Origin: Oculina patagonica
Lineage: Eukaryota
Reading direction: 5' to 3'
Assembly: GCF_052425735.1 (NCBI RefSeq)
Contig: NC_135764.1
Span: 10,354,001-10,418,000, forward strand
DNA length: 64,000 nucleotides
Part shown: positions 53,001 through 64,000 of the stretch, one piece after another
Layout: every line of letters begins with the position of its first letter
Numbering within the stretch: position 1 is the first letter of the stretch
Notes under the pieces: generated by a model
What the model was told of the DNA's origin: nothing
The model's input: only the letters and a program-made list of their open reading frames with translations
Databases searched by the model: none
Position numbers and translations under genes: made by a program

Positions 53001-56000
53001 CATAATTATTTACTGCTACAGCCTTACGCCATAAACAAGGACAACACTTATAACGTTGAGGGACTTTAACTTGTACATAGTCTTGGCCAGAATATAACTT
53101 ACATACATTCGTTGACAACTAAGAAAGCACAGAAAACAAAAATTCCTAGCTAAATTTCATCACTAACGGCAATATTTATTTTCTACTTTTATACGTCTTT
53201 CTCGTCTCATTTACCAAGCCAATCGCATTAGTATGCTGGCAGTAAACGGTTAGCATTTGCACAAGAGGAAAACGTGAATATTTTTTTACAGAATTTTTTT
53301 TCTAGTAAGTTGTATAACACAAATCAATTTATTTCTTCCTATATACAAATATTGAAATTAGTATAAAATCAAATATATGAAAATCGTTGCCTGCCATCAA
53401 GTGAATAATAACGAGAGGGCAAATACTTTAGTCTCAGAAATTAAAATTTATTCAAGTGATCAAAAACGTATTTCGTCTTAAAATATCAGTAAAGTTGTCA
53501 AAGACGGATAATGAGAAAAAAATGAAATTATCACCTCGGAGATATTGCCTGGCAGATGTAACACTAATTTCTCTGAACAAACATTAAAGGGAATGTATGG
53601 GAAATAGTAAGGGGAATTAAGTTTTTGAGCTTGGGACCGACTGCAATACTCACTTGTTTATGGACCTTCGTTAGCTGGTCCAAATTATTCTCTAAAAAAG
53701 CAATCTTCTGTTTTTGTGCTTGACTTCCCCCTTCCTCCTCTGCGTCCGTATCCGCGTTGGTCTGGGGAGGAGTTATAGCAATGTGTCAGTCAACCAATCA
53801 ACGTTCTAATTATCACGTGCTAGATACGCGCACTGTATGATTGGAAAAGAGGAGATGTCACACAACGTTGCGTGACATGAAATGGCGTAAAGCAATGAGC
53901 CGCAACATACAAGAGGTAGGGAACGTTAAGTGAATCGAAGAAGGGAAACGGTAAAGAAAATCAAGTAAAGAAACGTTGAAGGTGAAATATCAGAATGTGA
54001 AAATGGTTCAGGGACGGAAAAAGAAAATGAATGAAACATGGTCATAAAATGACATCACTTTCACTGAAGTACAATAAAAACAATTAAGATAGAGACTTAC
54101 CACTTTTAACCGAGCCTGCAAATCTTTGACGAACAACTGCCGAAGTCGGTAAAGCGTCGCCAACTCTTTATGCTAAAAAGAAATAATATAAATCCAGTTA
54201 AAATCAATTTTTGCCTAATTGAACAGCTCTACAATGACATAACTACAAAAGGACTTTAAACTGACAAATACACTGACTGCATCAGTTAGAGCAGAAGCAA
54301 AGTTATAACTCTGGCTAATCACAAAGGACACAAACAATCCAGTGAGCCAATCAAAACTCGAAGCAAATACATGTCGCAGGCACGAAGCACGGGAAAACGT
54401 ACGCGAGCGAGACACGATTAGTTTTGGTTTCACTTCTGATTGGCTGAGAAAGTGGCGCGAGATTTTTAAATCAATCATTAAGCGTAGTAATGCAAAACCA
54501 AAGCAAACGCAAATTAGTGAATTGAAAACCGCTTTATTTTACTATTAATCATCGTACATACCACAGTCTCTTCGAGTCCTTTTAGATCGTTCTTTGCTTG
54601 TTCTCTCTTCTCCGCTTGCACACTGAAGGGGAAAAAATGGATGTTAGCGCGGCTTACATTAAAACTCGATAACATTTTTCCAGTTCGCCAGACGTGCTTT
54701 CGACTATATTCTTATTGGCTGTTTTTAGATCGGATAATCTTCGAAGTCTCCAAATTGAGAGTCGAACAGCTTCGGAAAGATCTCGGGTAATGGTCGGCTT
54801 ATGCTTGGCCAATTCTCGACTATTCTTATTGCTCGTGTCACGCAGTAATTAAACACAAGTTCCTTCTTTGCCAACTGATTTTTAAATACCACGAAATTTA
54901 AAAATACTTACTTCAGGTCGATCAATCGAGATGATTTCTCTTCAAGTTCTCGCTTCAAAGATTCATTTTCAAGCTGAAAAACGGAAGACAATTCCAAAAA
55001 TATTAGAATCCAACTAATTACCGAGAATTTTACAACATTTACTTGCGATAATTTATTGAGTACAAAAGCTAAAGATAACTAATTATGGACGAAATCCCAC
55101 AAAAGAACATGAAGTACTAACCATAAGGTGATCCCTTTCTAAAGTCTGCTTCTGATTGGTTCTGAAGAAATAAACTTGCACAATTAGAGTTTAACAAACA
55201 CGTCGTTTAACAATCACAGAATGTTACGAAAGGAAAAACGAAGTATTTCAATAGATTGCATTCGCCAACGATCAAGAAAGAAAAACGCGGGAAAATAAAA
55301 ACGCGGCTGGCTCCCCTGGAATATGATTGGTTAAGATGGTGGCTGCTCTATTCTGATTGGCTAAAGTGGGTTACCTTTACCCACAAACGTCATGGATGGA
55401 AAAACCACAAAACGGAAAGGCAATTTAAAATTTTATGACGAAAAACTTACTCCTTGATTGTTGCAATAATGCCGTGCTGTGATTCAATCTCGTCTCTCAG
55501 GAGCGACAGTTGTTTCTGGTGCGCCTCGCGATGACTGATCATTTGCATCTCCAGTTCAGACTACAAAAAAAAACGTCAAGATTAAGACAAGTGTCCTGCA
55601 ATCTAACAACATCTAAATTCTTCTTTATGCAATGGCTAAACACGGTTAAACAGACAGAAGAGGAAAATAAAGAAATTATGGGAGATACTTCCTGTGCTTT
55701 TTAGAAATATCAAGTATTAAAGGGACCTAAGAAATTGAAAAGGCAAAAACACGCCTTTCTTCATAAAAATTTACGTTACATCTTGACATGAGAACGAGTC
55801 ATTGATGAAAAATAATAAACCTACATTCGAGTTCTGTTGGCTGACAGAACTGAAGTTGAGAGTTCTGCAATCCGCATAATCATTTTCAATGTTCAACAGT
55901 TCAATTTCCGTATTGCTTTTTAGTTTTCTGATTCACCAGTTTAAATCGTTTATCTCTTTGATCTCAAGACAATTTTGCCTGCCTAAAAGAATCGCGTGAC

Positions 56001-59000
56001 TAAAAGTAGCCTTAAATCCTGGGTCCCATTTACCCCCTGCTAAGGTTAACAGATTCGACAAATTGGAAAAATCAACAAATCATCAATAATGATAATAGAA
56101 TTGCCATTCTATTTCAAGCAAAACAATTCGCATAATCAGTTGGAGCTCTCATTACAATAAAATTAAATCTCATGGCTTTTGACTTTAGACTGTCGTGTTA
56201 CGATTTAAAATAGATTGGAGAACGATTAGCTATCCCTGTAGGAACTTTATTAAACAGATAAGAACAATAATAAAGAAACACAAGCAAGTATTGGCGATTG
56301 AACAACACAATCATATTTCAAACAATTATACATTTCTTTAGAGCCTATTACCGGAATATGATAACAAAAATTGCACAATAAGAACTAAACAATCAACTCG
56401 TAGGAAATCAAGTAAATAAAAGGTTATTGCAATGATTGTCCCGTTTAACATCCATACTAGCTATATTTTTCTAGTGTGTTTGGTCAGTAAGACAAAATGC
56501 AAATCGAGGCTCTTAAAAACAAGAAAACAAATTCACAAGCGCCTTAATTCCAGGACAGATATTCTCGAGAATGTTCGGAAATTCAAGCATAAAAACTTTA
56601 AAATCACTAAATCCTCCAATCCAGTTTCGAATTTTCAAAATAGATAGATCGATTATTAGTATTTTTCATAAAAACCATAGTCCAGCTAATTAAGGTCACC
56701 TCCTTAAACTGACATTTAAAATGAAAACTAAACATTACAAATTGTTCAAAAACGAAAACAAATTTTACGTGCATCGTCCCGGCGAAAATGAAACAATAGC
56801 AGAAATTTTTGTCTTTTGAAACTTGCCAAAACAGACCAATGTGTATTCGACTCTCTCCAAAATAAAGTAAGTTGACCCGGCTTTTAGGCAGCGAACATGC
56901 AAAACAAACCGGTATAATTAGCTTGACAAGTAATATTCAAATTTGGGTAGAAAGCCTTGATGTTAAGAAACTCTCAGTAAGATTTTTCTGCCTTACAGAA
57001 ACCGCTACAATTAATAATTCAAAACTATTTTTTTCTCGAAGCATCGAGAATCCAAATGTTTTAGAAAACAAATTTTCGCCCCGAGAAATGTTTGGCACGG
57101 GTTATACACAAACGTGCCCACGCACATTGTTTTTGTTCAAGTTCACGCGTGTTTAATCCAATGTTCGTTTTATAAATTCGAATCGCTTCCCGCGAGATCT
57201 CACACACTAAGCATGTCGCTAAAAGCGCGCGTTAAAATCGAGCTACAAAATCAAGATTTTTAAAATACAAACCCTTGGCATCGCGTTTTGCAGCACTTCT
57301 TCTATAACGTCGTTTAACGAATCAAGAATATTTTCAATTGACGATTCGCTGCAATCGGAAAATCGCCAACCACATTTCACGTTTGTAAAACTCACGCCAG
57401 AATCCCGAATGTGTTTACCCATGTCGTCAAAGATCACGCAAAATCACGCGAGATCACGCTCCGCTGTAGCGATCACGATTCACACAAAATTACAGTTCGC
57501 TGTTATTTCGCGTAAACTCCGACGCGAGCTTTCTGATTTATATGCGGCGAATAATGTCTGGTGTCTTCCAAAAACTACTAGCAAGCTAAAATGACATCAT
57601 TTGCAATTCAAATCGGTCAAGAAGGCGTTTTTAAACAACAGACGTTCAGGCGAAATGTGTCGCTTAAAGCACATACAATAATTCGAGTTGAAGTGTTCAA
57701 CCTCAAACCATTAAACCTTAATCTTTTCATTCTTAAGTGAGGAACTACCAATTAATGACTTTAGTCGCACTCAATCTCTCTGCCTATTGTACACTTTTCA
57801 CAAACGAAACGAAAAGTACATTAGCGCAATACTTAAAACAAAAACACATTGGCCATAAAGTTTATTAAGCGCTTGAAAACAATTGGCGAGTATCCTCATC
57901 CGACGAAATGAAAATTTATTTCGCATTCTTTAAAGAAAACCTGAATATTATTTTGCGTTTATTGGCGTGACGTTCCTTTTAATAGCCAAGGGCAAAATGG
58001 AATTAAAAAAGCTTCTATTTGTTGGTTATATCCGTAAGAACCACTCCCAAAAGACAGGGATATGGAAATGCAATAAAAATTGCTTTAGGTCTAACTGTTT
58101 GTTTGTAGCTGATGTAAAAAATAAACCCCACCACAATTGCATTTTTCAAAAAATTTATTGCATTTTACAAAAATCTTCTTCGGCTATTACTTTCGTAAAA
58201 GACTGAAAGAACTTTGTTTTGCGATATGCCACAATTTTACAAAAGAAAAATCATAAAACTTAAGCGCTATTAAAAAACAAAACTTGATTTTCTTGAAAAT
58301 TAAATTTCGCGTTGGTAAACACTAAAATTTATTTAGCCTCGTCTAGACAGGATCTATCACAGTTGTAATCTGTCATTTTTCACATTATTTTATTTAATCC
58401 ATTGTTATTAAAATGGTCGGCGAACACCCTGTGCGGTAGATCGAAAAAGCCAACCTCAATTTCACTTGTGTGCTGGTGCAAAAAGTATAGACAATAAATC
58501 CCTTCCCCCTCCACCCCTTTAAAAATTGTATTTTGAAAAATATAACTGGAAAACAAAGTAAGGCACCAGTCTCTCTCCATTTAAGTTGAGAATGACGTCA
58601 CCAAACTCTTACGGTGACGTCAGGGTCTCGCTGAAGAAATTCTAGCTGTATCTTTCTACCTAACTTTCTCCTATCTTATGTTATTGCAGAACAAAAACGC
58701 ACAAAAAAACTCCTTTTATTTTACTTTACTGAATCAATGTTATAAAAGAGCCAATATCACTAGCTGCAACAAACGTAACGAGTGAAATAAAATTTGCCTC
58801 AAAGACATATATCCAGCAACACGCGCGGGAAATCATGTCACCGCGTACCGATGGCAAGCGCGGTAAAACTTGCGAGACCTACGTCACCTGATTGGTCGAA
58901 AAAAACGACAGCTTCGCTCTGATTGGCTAACGCATCTGTCACAAGTGTTTTAAACTGGTTTCAAAGCTGAGCAAATGCTAAATCAAAGGTTAACTCGAAT

Positions 59001-62000
59001 TCTTCTCCAGCCATTAGAAGAACGCTGTCATAAAAAGAAGACGTTTTAGTAACATACCTGTATTTCACCCGCTGTGTGAAGCAGGCCAGCATGTTCCTCT
59101 TCCTTGTCTTTGAGAGCCAGAGCATGCATCTGGGCTGTAAAATCGCCAAAAAATACTTCTGTTAGTTATCACTCAATCACATTACATGTACTTTTTTGGA
59201 CAACTTGTATGACTCTAGTTTGCAAGGTATCGTTTCGCCGAGCTCGCAAGAAACACGCAATAACACGAAATTACAGACAATGAGAACTTCAATGATTGAT
59301 CTCGCGCCAACGCAGAATTCCAAAGATGAAATATGACAAAATAAGAATTATATCGTTTATTTTAAACGATAAGAACTGATTACTTGAACCTTTGTCAACT
59401 TAATTTTAGTAGGTCTCCTGCAAATAAATGACATACCATAGCGAAGGAAGGTTCTTAAATGGCGAAAGTCACCGCAAATACGTTCTCCCAAGTTTTAGAG
59501 TTTTTTTTTCCTGTGATATTTTCACGGCTAAAAATAGTAAAGACAATTCTCGCTTATCATTTATCGCGGGATTAGCCAATCAGGATGACGCATTTCGTCA
59601 CGTGCAATGCGAGAACAAATCATGATAGCCAATCATAATGGAGGAAGAACGATCTTGATCTGTCATATGATTGGATATCAAGATAAAATAACTTTCTTGC
59701 AGCAAATAATTGAAAATATTAAAGGAGCATTCAATACAAGACATATCACCTCTCATTTATCGTCAATTAAAATTATGCTGAAAATGCAACTGTTTAAACC
59801 CAATAAGATTACAATCGAAATCTTAACTCCGTGGCCTGTATTTTCAAAACAAAATATAACGAAATTCGCAATTGTCTCAAAGTCTTTAAAGAGATCAATA
59901 ACAAAAATATATTGAAGTTCTCACTGCCTTTCACCACAAGCGCTTGATATTGTTGTCCTGTAAAGGTGTTGTGTTGGTTTGAATCCTATTTTTAAAAGCT
60001 ATAATGTATTACAATTCATAACTGCTACTTTCACTTCTTCAAACAAGAAGAAAATATAACATGTGGCAAACGATTTAGAACAAAGTGCTTAAAGAGAATA
60101 GGTTTGTTTGCGATGCCCAGCAAACTAAGCTTAAGAATTTGTACTGTGGAATTTTGGCTGTTTCTCAACTACTTGAACGCATAACGCCACAATAGGTAAA
60201 CAAATTAAAACTCCCTCTCTCACACACTCGAAGTGAGCGTCTGAATTCATTCCGCCCTCTGAGTTCGAGAAGAGAAACATCAGTGTGTTTACTTGGACTA
60301 AATTAACAAGAGATAATGGAGCCCACTAAAAAATGACGCCCGTTACCTTTTGCCTTCAGTTTTGCTATTTCTTCGTTCAATGAATCGACAGCTTCTTCTA
60401 AAATCCTCTTCTTGGACTCCATCTCTTTCATGTTTGCCTCGAGGGTCTTCATTTTCGCTTCATACTGAAAATAAAACAACGCCACTTAGCAACAAGAGAA
60501 GAACAGATTAACAGGGGTTTGATAAATCATCGAATTCCCACAACTTTCGTTTAAAGAAATGTATGGTTATCCAAAAGGAGAATTGATATTTCAATCAATA
60601 CTAACCTGTGATATGAGAAGCATTGACTGGTTAAGCTCTTTGTTCTTTCCATCGAGTGACGACTTCAAATCACTTTCTGTCAATTCCAAGGTGCTGGAGC
60701 GCTGAAAGACAACAACAACAAAATTGAGCAAAACATTTGATTCTTGCCTCCCTCCCTTTATATCTTGGTTTTGCACTGCAAAGAATGGGACAGCAATCAT
60801 GCCCAAAGTAATCAAAAGATCCACCTAACAGCATGAAAGTTCCAATGCTTTAATGTTTACAAATTTGAGACCCTAGTCTCTTTCGCAGCCGTTGTTTGAA
60901 CTTGTCACGCAGCGCTGGGAGAGGGAGCGTTGCGTGATGAGTCCGGACTACGGCAACCACCTGGGTGATTCCATACACTTACCACAGAGAGAGTTTTAAC
61001 TTCTGACTTGATTTTATTCACGTAAAGTCGGGCAACTGTGAAATCTTCGTCCAACTTGCCACTGCAGTCAATATTGGGTTTCTGCCAATCATATCAAAAA
61101 CACAATTAGTAAGTCTAAGGACAAAGTATACTTCAAGCTTCATAACAACGAGCTGACACAACAGTTCAAAAAAAAAAGCTTGTCCATGGATTATTGAGGA
61201 AAAAAATATTTCCCACAAAAAGTGAAATAGCCACTTACCTTAATTTCAGCTGCATTTCCTCCAATGACGTTACCAATTTCACCCTGAAAATGAAAAGAAA
61301 TAAACAGATCCTCATATTATGAGCAGCAGTAGTCAAGGTGGACAAATGAAAACGATATAAGTGGCAGGACTAGCTTTGAGACACCAAAATAATCCCTTGA
61401 CCCCCTTCCCCCCTATTTTTCCTTTCACTTCTTGCTCTCGAATATTTTTGCTGGCATTAAGTTCACGCTTTCACGCTTTTTCCCTGTAGCTACTGTACAC
61501 TGTACATGTAGTGCACGAAACTCGGTATATGAGCCTATGACCCTACGCACAGCCACTCACCAGATCAGACAGCAGACTGTTCATCATTTCAGCCAGTCTC
61601 TTTCTTAACACTGATGTACTGTCTTTGATCTCCACCAATTCTTTGGAAGCTTTGTTGAGCTGTGTCTGTTGAGAGGAATGGACAGTTGTACATCATTTCT
61701 TACGAACTGAGATTTATGGTCAAATGGATATGAACAACTCTAAAGCATGCAACACATAATGATAATTACTATTGGTAGAAACTCAGCTGTGTTCTATTGA
61801 AAATCCGCAAATCTGATTGGTTCTCCCACTGTTTTATATTTGCTGATAGAAAACGATCGCGCGCTCGTTGCTCATTTAAAGATTAATTTTTCTTCTTTTT
61901 TGACTTATAAATACGTAAAATTGTAGGTTTTTGGACTGCAGTCCTTTAAGAGTTTCTACTAAACCAATAAGACTACTCGCCCTCGTTTTCTATAAGCGAT

Positions 62001-63603
62001 AGTCAACTCAGCATTCGCTTAAAACTCGGGCTTGTAGTCTAATTGTTAATTATTCATTCAAAATAATATAAATATTTCTCCGTTTCTGATTGGCTTTCAA
62101 TCCCCAGGTAATTCCAGCTAACATAATTCTTCATATCTTACTCAGCCTCATCCAATAATTGCTTACTATGTGTGCAGGAAGCTACATGCAGATATAGAGG
62201 ATAATACATGGTTGCCCGGAGATATAGGTTTTGAACACGAGAAGATAAATTTCATATATCTAAGCAACAATGTATTATTCTGTTTATTATATAAACCTAC
62301 TAATTACGATGTTTTTGACGATTTTTCGAAGATTTCCGGCCATTTTCCGAAGATTTCCGAAGATTTTCAAAATTTTGTCCGAAGGTCGTACGAATGATTC
62401 CGAACATTTTCCGAACTTTTCCGAAAATGTCCGAAGTTTTCCGACCATAACCGAAGATTGCCAAGGAAGATCCAAAGATTTTTCGACTTAATATATCGAT
62501 AAAACTTGGCTCATTGAACATTGAAACACGGCAAACTCTGCGATCTGATTCATGTGTGGATACCGTTTTTATCCACACGTGTGATACCATTTTTCTCGAT
62601 TTGCTACCACTCACTATACCACTGAAATTTATATAATAAAATATCATTCATCACATAATCAATCTTAAAAAGAAATTCATACCCCATTCACACCAGCAAA
62701 ACATGTTAAGTTAAAACAGGTTTAACAAATCCAGCAATAGAAAACTAAAAGAATGAATTTTACATAGGGTTCAAGTAAGCTCTTACTTGTGCTTTCACTG
62801 TGCAAAATTTAAAGTTGACAAACATCAGTTAGCAACCTCAGCGAAGAAAATAATTTAAACCGTTGTTAACTGTGTTTAGCTAAACACATGGTTTCCACAT
62901 ACCTAGGCATCAATTTTCAAAATTTCCTGACTTTTCCCTGACTATTCCCTGATAAAAACCAAATATCCCTGACCAAATCATTACAAAAATATTAATTAAT
63001 GTCAGATAAAGTCACGGCCTCCGACCTCCGCTTCAAAACGAAAAGCATGGCTGTGATCAGATTGACCTGAAACATTTCTTCTGTCCTTCAATGGCATTCA
63101 GTGATGTTATAATTTCAATTTCCCTGACTTTCCTTCATAATCTCAATTTTCCCTGACTCAAAATAAAATTCCCTGACATTTCCTTGACTTCCTGACCTGT
63201 AGGGCAACCCTGTAAAAAAACTTTTAAACATGTTTAAGCTTTGGTGTAAATAGCATATAAGAGAAGTTTACAAGATGTAACAAATTGGAGTTGCAAATCG
63301 AAACTTCAATATCACTTTAGCACCAACCTGCTTCTGTGATAATTCTTCAGAAAGCTTCTCGTTATCCTTAGTTTTGGTCTCAACCTCTTGCAGTTTCTGG
63401 TCATAATTTACAGCGAGTTCTTCAAGAGCTTGGAGCACTTCCTTGACCTCCGTTTTGGACGTCTCACTCTCGCTCTGCATGGAGCTTATCTGTGACTGTA
63501 GCTTCTCACTGTCAAATTGAGTTGTCTTCAGAGCTTCCTCTTGTTCACCCAGTTGCTCCTTCAGTTGGTTAATTAACCGTGCTTGATTCTGAATTTCATC
63601 ATC
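47066..63603 (-). CDS. KIF5: Kinesin-1 heavy chain, stalk and tail exons (motor domain lies beyond the window end)
   Basis: Frame-consistent GT-AG exons: 63603-63328, 61665-61561, 61283-61239, 61081-60983, 60701-60606, 60464-60347, 59134-59058, 55560-55451, 55161-55122, 54973-54912, 54622-54562, 54172-54101, 53761-53654, 51582-51363, 50167-49867, 48005-47722, 47103-47066 (TAA). KHC signatures [62 protein letters not shown] and IAKPIRPG. Confidence 0.95.
48265..48813 (-). CDS. Secreted cystatin-like protein, intronless, nested in a kinesin intron
   Basis: Signal peptide ([17 protein letters not shown]), N-terminal LAGG, QVVQG (QxVxG), Cys pairs and PW motif; AATAAA downstream on the minus strand. 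Confidence 0.82.
   Translation of the reverse strand: MAYRYTKFPLAFCVVFAVFRVVHSATLAGGVTKIDQDKLWSHKELLEGLKQAVRLENTREPKPSFKFVYLPYTLDASSQVVQGTMYCVNVKIAPSKCPNALNETREGIEACAVDFLKPDVLEREKCCAFEIWSRPWLAGKERLLVQKAECKPSFTEGQAQPGRFRVTMKFSVYPVCNMVKPG
49328..49620. mobile_element. MITE; second, partial copy at ~54300-54532
   Basis: TA|GAGCAGTTTTCAATTGAGTGTCG...CGACACTCAAGTGAAAACCGCTC|TA; internal TCTGATTGGCTGAGAAAGTGGCGCGAGATTTTTAA is shared with the second copy. Confidence 0.8.
50348..50920. mobile_element. Harbinger-like MITE
   Basis: GGGCGCTTTACATTAGTCAGAACT...AGTTCTGACTAATGGTAAGCGCCC inverted ends. Confidence 0.7.
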
Positions 63604-63644
63604 CTGTAAACAAATCACATAAGGTCATGACTGGTTTGCAATGA

Positions 63645-63950
63645 AAGGTAAAGGTAAGGTAAAGTCTGTGTCCAAGCCAAGTGGCCCATACAGCTGGAGC
63701 TTATCCTGGTTTCCGTAGCATTAAGCGACTAGGAGTATTGCTACTCCCCCTGGATGGAATGCTAGTCCATCGCAGGGTTACTCCCCAGCAGTAAATTCGC
63801 CGGTACCCATTTATACACCTGGGTGCATAGAGGCACTGTGAGAGTAAAGTGTCTTGCCCAAGAACACAATGCAGTGCCCCGGCCAGGCCTCGAGCCCGGG
63901 CCGTTTGACTCGGAGTCAAGTGCGCTAACCATTAGGCCACCATGCCTCAC
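63645..63950 (-). mobile_element. Full-length tRNA-derived SINE
   Basis: tRNA-like head (GGTGGCCTAATGGTTAG), body ...CTTGGGCAAGACACTTTACTCTCAC...CCCTGCGATGGACTAGC... and a (TTTACC)n-type tail. Confidence 0.88.
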
Positions 63951-64000
63951 ACGGTTTGCAAGGTCAAGGGTTCAAAAACACAAAATCAAGCAAACATACC

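Noticed and set aside
55700-58950. Long kinesin intron segment that may be a non-autonomous transposon
   Set aside because: I could not identify matching termini, a TSD or coding remnants by eye.

Overview
Eukaryotic (animal) genomic DNA. The repeat families and genes look anthozoan/stony-coral-like, but that is an inference. The main feature is an apparently intact, recently integrated 19,947-bp Maverick/Polinton (adintovirus-like) element at 2159-22105. It has AGTAGT termini, ~690-bp near-identical TIRs, a 6-bp TSD (CGCGAC) and the full core gene set: protein-primed PolB, integrase, penton, major capsid protein, adenain-like protease and packaging ATPase. Its accessory content is unusual: (i) a tRNA-Gln(CUG)-like Pol III gene with a T9 terminator in each TIR; (ii) a DEDDh/ECHC-type exonuclease resembling the arenavirus-NP and Maelstrom nuclease domains; (iii) an adjacent NLS + EEGEI motif + GRF zinc-finger protein; (iv) a cluster of NF-kB-like sites upstream of the PolB promoter, plus small upstream exons; (v) a SLATT-like 2TM protein and a parvovirus-type PLA2; (vi) about seven small basic proteins sharing QxGG/QxGxG cleavage-like motifs. 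The element appears to sit inside a large Tc1 (DD34E) transposon, itself inserted in a MITE within an intron of a minus-strand Ig/FN3 receptor-like gene (exons 25193-43735). The right third holds the 3' half of a kinesin-1 heavy chain gene (minus strand) with an intronless cystatin gene nested in one intron. Introns contain many MITEs, SINEs and a decayed Gypsy element. All family assignments come from reading motifs by eye; no database searches were run.
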